Positions 45,661 through 52,357 of a stretch of 64,000 nt of DNA are shown piece after piece (the first letter of the stretch is position 1; every line of letters starts with the position of its first letter). Below the pieces are notes generated by a model that was given only the letters and a program-made list of their open reading frames with translations, made no database searches and was not told where the DNA came from. A program made the position numbers and the translations under genes. The stretch is from Candidatus Poseidoniaceae archaeon (GTDB lineage Archaea > Thermoplasmatota > Poseidoniia > Poseidoniales > Poseidoniaceae). The stretch is taken from assembly GCA_049616955.1 (NCBI GenBank), contig JBMZIJ010000001.1:66797-130796 (forward strand), given 5' to 3'.

Positions 45661-46463
45661 TGTCCATTCAAATCATTTCGAACGGCAGTCAACACATGGC
45701 TTGTAGCCAATACGGGTCGAACTGGGCGGGACCAGACGGCGATAGGTTGACTGTTCTCATTGCCTTATTGAAGGAAATACCTGCAGCGTCCATCAATCTG
45801 AATGGTTTCGAAGAGCATCTCGAATTTTCGCCAAGCGTGAATGTTCAAGCGATCATTGAAGAAAGTACTTCTTGGATGGTTGATGAAAGTGCAAACAATT
45901 ACTTACATACAGACAAAGAAGCCTATTGTGTTGCAATCAGTCAATCCACAGATGTGCCAAATTGGCCTGATTTTGCAACAAAAGAATACGACAAAACCAT
46001 GCAAGATGATCTCAAGGTTCAATGGAAAATTGAGGTTGAAGGCGTTAGTCAAGGAGCTTACGTTTCCCAAGCGCAGCACACGATTTCAGCCCCATCAAGA
46101 CTGGGATTAAGAGCCCAAATCGATGGAGAGCGATTGATCTGGCCTCCACGACAACTCAATGCTATGGGACAGAGAATCGATAGCGAAGGGAAGCAACTGT
46201 CTGAAACGGCCACAATTCTCACATGGACGCGTCTCAGTGCTGCTGGTGCACCTTCTGAATTTTCAAACAGAGCACCAATTTTGGATGGTGTAGCAACCGT
46301 CCTTGTGGAATTTGATGAAGGTCCAAAGGGCGTCTTCATGTTGGCAGATGATGAATCAGGGAAACCTGAGATTGATGAAAGAGTCCATTTTGTTCTTCGA
46401 AGATTGTACGGGCAAGATGGTATGATGCATTATGGTCTCAAAGCCATGCTTTCAAAATCCTAA
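45657..46463 (+). CDS. DUF35-type OB-fold (acyl-CoA-associated) protein with cysteine-less ribbon region and ~170-aa N-terminal extension
   Basis: ATGA overlap with the thiolase stop. C-terminal 'ILTWTRLSAAGAPSEF...GVATVLVEFDEGPKGVFMLAD...RVHFVLRRLY' fits the DUF35 OB fold. 'ERLIWPPRQLNAMGQRIDSEG' occupies the position of the usual CxxC...PPR...CxxC ribbon. Confidence 0.6.
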   Translation: MMSIQIISNGSQHMACSQYGSNWAGPDGDRLTVLIALLKEIPAASINLNGFEEHLEFSPSVNVQAIIEESTSWMVDESANNYLHTDKEAYCVAISQSTDVPNWPDFATKEYDKTMQDDLKVQWKIEVEGVSQGAYVSQAQHTISAPSRLGLRAQIDGERLIWPPRQLNAMGQRIDSEGKQLSETATILTWTRLSAAGAPSEFSNRAPILDGVATVLVEFDEGPKGVFMLADDESGKPEIDERVHFVLRRLYGQDGMMHYGLKAMLSKS

Positions 46464-46510
46464 AGTTTCGGATAGAAGCCTTCATAGAAAGTCTGTCTCG
46501 TGGCGAATCC

Positions 46511-47527
46511 ATGGCTGGGTTTGGTGGCATTCGGAAAGGAAGAAAAGAAGCGGCTGATAATCTATCGATTCAGGAAGACGGAGATTGCGCTCGATGCGGA
46601 GGAGAAAGTCAGCCATCCACAATGGAAGGCTATCTTTCATGCAGTCGTTGTTCTTACGAGTGGGCGGATCCATCCTATGTTTCTCGAAAGGTCAGAGGAC
46701 CTCCTCCAAACCATCGACGTGATTCTGAATTAATTCAAGAATTCAAAGCAGAAATGGAACGAGGTGACCTCAAGGGTGTCTTGGGGGTTGATTCGAACCT
46801 TTCCGACGAACAGGAACAATCACTCAAGCGATTAGAAGATAAGTGGATGAGTGGGATGCAAGGACATTACAACGCAGCATCTGAAGATCGAAAGCCACTC
46901 ATGATTAGTTTTGATGACGACGATAATCTCGTTTCAACCGAAGTTGCTGCACTGACCATTGTCTCCAATGGATTCGATGGTGGTGAAGAAATTCGACTCG
47001 AATATCCAGGCATTGGTACCGAATTCTATGCTTACAACGAGCGCAGCCCAACGGGATGGAAACGTGGTCGGAACAGCGAGGATACAGCACGCTCCATTAC
47101 CAATGTTATCAACCGCTCATCGCGTCTTGTCTATGCCAATCTCGAAGGAAATCGAATTTCGTTTGAACTACGAGATGACAAGTTGAAAGCCGAATCGCTT
47201 GTTCTCTTCGTTGATGACCCTGGTGGTCAAGACATTGTCGCAGAAAAAGGCGGTGTCATCCTTGACTTCCGAGATGTCAATGTCTTGGATGATTACCGCA
47301 ACGTTATCGCTCTGGTTCTCGAAGATGGTATCATCTCACCAAGCGAAGATCAGATGATGTGGGTCATGCGCCAACAACTCGGGGTCACTGAAGAGCAGCA
47401 TGTTGCACTCGTTCAGGAAATCTTCGGCGGCAATGCACTCAAGGAATGTCCAAATTGCAATCAGATGGCAGAACTCTATCCTGAGTACTCAGCATGGTAT
47501 TGTCAACCTTGTGAAAGTTGGCTCTAA
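46511..47527 (+). CDS. Acidic protein bracketed by two zinc ribbons, unknown function
   Basis: N-terminal 'CARCGGESQPSTMEGYLSCSRCSYEW' and C-terminal 'CPNCNQMAELYPEYSAWYCQPCESW', both CxxC-x14-CxxC. 338 aa. Confidence 0.6.
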   Translation: MAGFGGIRKGRKEAADNLSIQEDGDCARCGGESQPSTMEGYLSCSRCSYEWADPSYVSRKVRGPPPNHRRDSELIQEFKAEMERGDLKGVLGVDSNLSDEQEQSLKRLEDKWMSGMQGHYNAASEDRKPLMISFDDDDNLVSTEVAALTIVSNGFDGGEEIRLEYPGIGTEFYAYNERSPTGWKRGRNSEDTARSITNVINRSSRLVYANLEGNRISFELRDDKLKAESLVLFVDDPGGQDIVAEKGGVILDFRDVNVLDDYRNVIALVLEDGIISPSEDQMMWVMRQQLGVTEEQHVALVQEIFGGNALKECPNCNQMAELYPEYSAWYCQPCESWL

Positions 47528-47543
47528 ACCTGATTCTATAGAA

Positions 47544-47550
47544 TTTTTTT
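47544..47550 (+). terminator. Oligo-T tract (T7) downstream of the double zinc-ribbon gene
   Basis: 'GAATTTTTTTG' lies 17 nt after the stop at 47527. Archaeal RNA polymerase commonly terminates at oligo-T. Positional inference only. Confidence 0.35.
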
Positions 47551-47635
47551 GTTCCTTAATTACGAGGAAAAATTGCGAACGTGAGCGAGGGATGCTTCAT
47601 AAAGTGGACGGTGTTCCGTAGAACTGGCGAACGCT

Positions 47636-48661
47636 ATGGCAGAAGATGTATTGTATATTGGAATTGATTTGGGAACGTTTCGTTCGGTTATGGTCTCCTC
47701 AGGGAACCACGAAGAAGAAGAGCTCACAGTGATTGGTACTCCAAAGGATCCAATTGCTCGCAACTTCCTCAAGCGAGATGTTCTCTTTGGCGAGGATGCG
47801 TTGAAGAACAGGCTAGCACTGAATCTCTTCCGTCCCCTCGAACTCGGTGTCATTAAGGATACTGTTGAAGACCGCCAATTCATCGCTCACTTCATTACCC
47901 ACCTGATTGGTCTAGCAGACCCAGAAGAACACGACCGTGTTGTCGCCGTTATCGGTGCACCTGCAGAAGCCAGCCACGTCGACAAGACCGCTATCTTCGA
48001 TGCAGCTGCAGGAAGCGTCAACGCTGCCATGATCATCTCTGAGCCGTTTGCTGTTGCTTACGCTCTTGACATGATTGAGCACACACTCGTCATCGACATC
48101 GGTGCAGGAACAACGGATCTTTGCCGTGTTTACGGTACTATCCCAGGACCAGGTGACCAAATGCACACTGGATACGCTGGTGACTATGTTGATGCTCAAA
48201 TCATCAAAGAAGTTCAATCCAAGTACAACGGTGCTCAGATTACCAAAGACATGGCTCGACGATGGAAGGAACAGTACTCCTTCGTCTCCACATCCACTCC
48301 GGATGACCCAGTCATGGTCGACTTCTCAATTGAAGGAAAGGCAATGAATCTCGATATCACGGATTGCATTCAGCGAGCTTGTGAGTCGATTGTTGACCCA
48401 ATCGTTGAGAATGTGAAACAACTCATTGCAGACTCCAACCCAGAGTACCACGACCAGTTCCGTCGAAACATGGTTCTCGCTGGTGGCGGATCCGGTATCC
48501 GTGGACTTGGTGCACTTATCGAGCGTCGACTCTCCGACATGGGCGATGTGAACGTTCACGTTGTTGATGACCCTGTTCGACTCGGTGCAATGGGTGGCCT
48601 TCGCTTGGCTATGGAAGTTCCAGAAGACATGTGGAAGAACCTCACCCTTGCATCTCGCTGA
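47636..48661 (+). CDS. Actin-like ATPase, MamK/MreB family (MamK-like)
   Basis: Phosphate-1 'LYIGIDLGTFRS', 'VAVIGAPAEAS', 'IISEPFAVAYAL', phosphate-2 'LVIDIGAGTTDL', adenosine 'MVLAGGGSGIRGL'. MamK-like blocks 'GTIPGPGDQ', 'AGDYVD', 'KEQYSFV', 'NPEY', 'GGLRLAMEVPEDMW'. Confidence 0.8.
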   Translation: MAEDVLYIGIDLGTFRSVMVSSGNHEEEELTVIGTPKDPIARNFLKRDVLFGEDALKNRLALNLFRPLELGVIKDTVEDRQFIAHFITHLIGLADPEEHDRVVAVIGAPAEASHVDKTAIFDAAAGSVNAAMIISEPFAVAYALDMIEHTLVIDIGAGTTDLCRVYGTIPGPGDQMHTGYAGDYVDAQIIKEVQSKYNGAQITKDMARRWKEQYSFVSTSTPDDPVMVDFSIEGKAMNLDITDCIQRACESIVDPIVENVKQLIADSNPEYHDQFRRNMVLAGGGSGIRGLGALIERRLSDMGDVNVHVVDDPVRLGAMGGLRLAMEVPEDMWKNLTLASR

Positions 48662-48670
48662 GTTGTTCAC

Positions 48671-49375
48671 ATGAACAAAGGGCTCGCCATTTCAGGTGGA
48701 GTTCTGATTCTGTTGTCTTTGTTCAGTTTGGTGTTCTCACTTGTCGTGATGGACTCGTACGAGCCCAACAGTGATAACATTCTGCATGATACGGAAACCG
48801 ACGGTATGGTCTTCAATTTCGATGGTTCATCGAGCTGGCTTGAAGTCTATGCAAAAGGCGAAGTCGATTGTTACAGTTATTCCATTTCAGTAACGGATGA
48901 CATGTTTGAGTATTTTTACCCAAATTGTGATGCTGGAACGGAGATTGCTGGCTATACATACCTTGGTGATCTTGAAATCTACGATGCTGGAAGTTACAAC
49001 ATCGATGCTGAAGGCAATGTCGTCATCGTTGATGCAGACGACCTCATCGGCCCATTGTTTGCATTCTGTGGTGGTGGAGTTTGTTGCCTCTTGGGCGTTA
49101 TTCTTTTGATTGTTGGATTCTCAAGAGGTGGAAAGGCTCCACAGATGGTTGTTTACCAACAACCGGATGGAACCATCTATCAACCCAACCAAACGACAAT
49201 CCAGCAATACATCCCTCCTTCCGCAGAACAACCAAATCAGCAACAAATTGTTTCTCAGGATCAAGTCCAGCAATCGCAGAACATTCCTCCGGCATTTGAT
49301 GAAGATCCTAACAAAGCCCCTGTGTATCAAACAGATTTTGATGGATTTTCATTTGAACACAAAAAATCAGATTGA
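48671..49375 (+). CDS. Two-TM membrane protein with Gln/Pro-rich C-terminal tail
   Basis: TM1 'ISGGVLILLSLFSLVFSLVV', a ~100-aa Cys-containing domain and TM2 'LFAFCGGGVCCLLGVILLIVGF'. The tail reads 'QQPDGTIYQPNQTTIQQYIPPSAEQPNQQQIVSQDQVQQSQNIPP...'. Nine nt after the actin-like gene. Confidence 0.65.
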   Translation: MNKGLAISGGVLILLSLFSLVFSLVVMDSYEPNSDNILHDTETDGMVFNFDGSSSWLEVYAKGEVDCYSYSISVTDDMFEYFYPNCDAGTEIAGYTYLGDLEIYDAGSYNIDAEGNVVIVDADDLIGPLFAFCGGGVCCLLGVILLIVGFSRGGKAPQMVVYQQPDGTIYQPNQTTIQQYIPPSAEQPNQQQIVSQDQVQQSQNIPPAFDEDPNKAPVYQTDFDGFSFEHKKSD

Positions 49376-49382
49376 TGATAGC

Positions 49383-50090
49383 ATGATTACGAAACAATCG
49401 AGAGTAGTGATCTTGACAGGCGCTGGAATCAGTGCCGAATCTGGGATTCGAACATTTCGAGATTCAGACGGATTGTGGGAGAACCATCGAATCGAAGAAG
49501 TTGCAACACCAGAAGGTTGGAGAGAGAATCCAGAACTCGTTTGGAATTTTTACCAGCAACGACGTCGGCAACTGTTGAACGTTGAACCAAATCAAGGGCA
49601 TTTGGCACTCGAAGAACTTGAAAACCACTTGGAAAACTTTCTCTTAGTCACGCAAAATGTGGATGATTTGCATGAACGTGCTGGTTCAAAAAATCTGATT
49701 CACATGCATGGAGAACTTGCAAAACTTCGTTGTGAAGAGTGCCACCATGTTGAGACGTTGATGGATGATCAACACCTCTTGGAAGCGTTCCTCTATTGTA
49801 GCCAGTGCGATGGACGTTTGCGCCCCCACATCGTTTGGTTCAATGAGATGCCTATGCAGATGCCTGAAATTGAAAAAGCGCTTTCGGAATGCGATGTGTT
49901 CGTGGCAATTGGAACAAGTGGACATGTCTATCCCGCAGCCAACTTTCTCCATATGGCACGAAATCATGGCGCCTATACCATTGGCGTCAATCTCGATCCA
50001 CCAGAGAACGTGTACTTTTTTGATGAGTTTATTCAAGGTAAAGCAGGAGAAGTACTCCCCTTCCTTGTTCAAAAATGGATCCACGAGTAG
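49383..50090 (+). CDS. cobB: NAD-dependent protein deacylase, class III sirtuin (CobB/Sir2)
   Basis: 'VVILTGAGISAESGIRTFRDSDGLW', 'FYQQRRR' (YxxR), 'TQNVDDLHERAG', Zn site 'CEEC...CSQC', 'IGTSGHVYPAA'. Start at the ATG at 49383. Confidence 0.85.
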   Translation: MITKQSRVVILTGAGISAESGIRTFRDSDGLWENHRIEEVATPEGWRENPELVWNFYQQRRRQLLNVEPNQGHLALEELENHLENFLLVTQNVDDLHERAGSKNLIHMHGELAKLRCEECHHVETLMDDQHLLEAFLYCSQCDGRLRPHIVWFNEMPMQMPEIEKALSECDVFVAIGTSGHVYPAANFLHMARNHGAYTIGVNLDPPENVYFFDEFIQGKAGEVLPFLVQKWIHE

Positions 50091-50159
50091 AGTGAAAAGT
50101 ACTCGCCAATCTAAGGGTTGAAAGGGAATCTTTTTGCAAGGCCTGTTCGAGTTGACAAC

Positions 50160-52322
50160 ATGCGAATGCGACCACTGCTCACCTTGCTTTGTGTCGGCAT
50201 GATGGTCTGTTTGTTCTCTTCCCCATTTGTTGCCGCAGAAAGTGAAGAGGAAGATCAGATGATTCGTATCATTATGCTCCCTCCTGAAGCAGAAGCAACA
50301 GGCATGTATGTCGACGAAAACGGGCGTTTCTTTGTCAACGCAATGCATCCTGACCCGGACAATTACGATGCCACAATTGGCGTCATCAATGGTGTGGATT
50401 GGAACAACCTTCCAGAAGACGTCCCATCGCTTTCTTCATCGAGCAGTGCTTCAGACATTTGGCATGGTATTCGAACCGGTTATGGTGACTACCAGGTTCT
50501 TCTGCAAGCAGGCGATTCAATGAATGATGGTACAATCGCTGGAGGAATTTATTCTGCACACGATGGTCAGCAAATTTTGTTGAGTCAAAAACCCGATTAC
50601 AATGCATTTATTCCAACAAATTCCGATGGAACCGCTGGATATCTCTACACTGCATGGGAGGATCGTCCAGCAGGCATCAGTCAAGTCGGACTCGAATGGA
50701 ATCCATCTTCAAACCAATGGGATGTTCTCTCAAAGCATATGTTGAATCTATCAGAGATCAATGGAGCTTGGGTTCTCTGTTTTGGAAGCGTCAGTCCTTG
50801 GGGTACACCGTTGTTCTCCGAAGAATTGTACTTTGATGATACAGAGGATTGGAACAACGATGGATATCGATATCATTCCGACCAACTCCGTCTAGAGCAG
50901 TATCTTGGGCATTACCCAAATCCATACGATTACGGTTACATCATCGAGATGGAACAAGCGACGTCGACAACACCTGAATTGGTACGTCACCTTACAATGG
51001 GTCGTTTTTCACATGAGAATGCTTTGGTCATGCCCGATAACAAGACGGTCTATTTGACCGACGACGGCTATGATACAGTCTTCTTCAAGTTCGAAGCAGA
51101 TGTGGCTGGTGATTTGAGTGAAGGTACGCTTTATGCTGCAATAGTTACACAGGATTCCACATACGATTCTGCTTCCACTGGATTTGACGTCGAATGGTTG
51201 GAACTTGGATCTTCATCAAATGAAGAAATCCAAGGTTGGATTGATGATTACGATGGCATCACAACTGCTGATTACATCCAGGGAGAAAACTCCTACATTA
51301 CTGATGAAGACATTAACAATTGGGCAGAGGATTATTTGGATCAGGATTTGAACAACGATGGAACCATTGGTTACGCTTTGGATGACCGGGTAGCATTCCT
51401 TGAAACCCGTAAAGCAGCTGCAGCAATAGGCGCTACAGATGAGTGGAACAAAATGGAAGGGGTTGGGTTTAATCCAAACGCTCCGGACAATCTGTACCTC
51501 GCCATGTCCAGTATCGACAATGCAATGACCGACGGACAAGGTGATATCGATGTTTCCGACAACCTTTGCGGTATTGTCTACCAGATGACGATGAACGATT
51601 TGTGGAATGTCAACAGGATTCACCCCGCCATCATCGGAGGACCATACATTTCCTCAAATCAATACGAATGTGACATAAACAACCTCGCTGGACCGGATAA
51701 TCTGGTTGTCCTTGATGATGGAAGTGTCCTCGTTGGTGAGGACACTCGTCGCCATGAGAGCAACATGGTTTGGCTATGGAGAGAATACATTCCTCCTGTT
51801 ATCGAAGTTGATGAAGAGATTCAATTGAACCATCTCCGTCCTTCAAACACACCTGAGGATTTGGATGCAGCGTGGACGTATGAATACCAAGCCGAAGTCA
51901 AGGATCTTGCCCAAGATATGACCTACACTGCTATTATCGTTGCCAAGAACATGAGCAGTGGCGAATGGAATGGAATATGGTGGTGGGAAGACATTCAATC
52001 GAGTGGTGAACAATACGATTTGATGCTGTCAATGAACCGTGGATGTTATTCCATTGAGACATCATTGTACGAGAAAGAAGATTTGAATTCAGACCCAGGT
52101 ACGGCCGTTGTGTTATCCTCCAATCAATCGGAATTGGTCGTTGGGGATGGTACATGTTTGAATGGAGTGTATACAGAAGCTGTCAAAACCGTCACTACTG
52201 AAGAAAATCAAACGAAACAAGAGAGTGAGTCGACTCCAGGGGTTGGGGTGCTGTCAACCATTCTAACCATGACCGTAGCCATGATGGTTGCTTTAAGGAA
52301 GAATCGAACAACGGGGATTTGA
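50160..52322 (+). CDS. Secreted PhoX/DUF839-family beta-propeller protein (putative alkaline phosphatase) with PGF-CTERM-like anchor
   Basis: Signal peptide 'MRMRPLLTLLCVGMMVCLFSSPFVAAES'. PhoX-like blocks 'GSVSPWGTPLFSEE', 'MGRFSHENALVMPDNKTVYLTDDG', 'GPDNLVVLDDGSVLVGEDT'. Family call is from remembered motifs. Confidence 0.6.
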   Translation: MRMRPLLTLLCVGMMVCLFSSPFVAAESEEEDQMIRIIMLPPEAEATGMYVDENGRFFVNAMHPDPDNYDATIGVINGVDWNNLPEDVPSLSSSSSASDIWHGIRTGYGDYQVLLQAGDSMNDGTIAGGIYSAHDGQQILLSQKPDYNAFIPTNSDGTAGYLYTAWEDRPAGISQVGLEWNPSSNQWDVLSKHMLNLSEINGAWVLCFGSVSPWGTPLFSEELYFDDTEDWNNDGYRYHSDQLRLEQYLGHYPNPYDYGYIIEMEQATSTTPELVRHLTMGRFSHENALVMPDNKTVYLTDDGYDTVFFKFEADVAGDLSEGTLYAAIVTQDSTYDSASTGFDVEWLELGSSSNEEIQGWIDDYDGITTADYIQGENSYITDEDINNWAEDYLDQDLNNDGTIGYALDDRVAFLETRKAAAAIGATDEWNKMEGVGFNPNAPDNLYLAMSSIDNAMTDGQGDIDVSDNLCGIVYQMTMNDLWNVNRIHPAIIGGPYISSNQYECDINNLAGPDNLVVLDDGSVLVGEDTRRHESNMVWLWREYIPPVIEVDEEIQLNHLRPSNTPEDLDAAWTYEYQAEVKDLAQDMTYTAIIVAKNMSSGEWNGIWWWEDIQSSGEQYDLMLSMNRGCYSIETSLYEKEDLNSDPGTAVVLSSNQSELVVGDGTCLNGVYTEAVKTVTTEENQTKQESESTPGVGVLSTILTMTVAMMVALRKNRTTGI
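52233..52319 (+). other. PGF-CTERM-like archaeosortase sorting signal (variant 'PGV')
   Basis: A Thr/Ser/Glu-rich linker 'TEENQTKQESES' is followed by 'TPGVGVLSTILTMTVAMMVALRKNRTTGI', i.e. PG(F/V), a hydrophobic helix and a basic end at the extreme C-terminus. Confidence 0.55.
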
Positions 52323-52357
52323 ATCAAGTTCAATAGGCATCGCCTTCTGAAGCACAT

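Noticed and set aside
49383-50090. Sir2 domain as a possible anti-phage defence component (Thoeris/DSR/SIR2-HerA-like)
   Set aside because: The protein is a short, complete class III sirtuin with the Zn-binding Cys quartet and YxxR motif. It has no fused or adjacent TIR, HerA, pAgo, SLOG or helicase partner. A housekeeping CobB is the simpler call.
49686-50348. 220-aa minus-strand ORF, and the long upstream extension of the sirtuin ORF (49110-49382)
   Set aside because: The minus ORF is antisense to cobB and the PhoX-like gene start. The 49110 extension overlaps the well-supported membrane-protein gene in another frame, and a proper ATG at 49383 gives a canonical sirtuin N-terminus.
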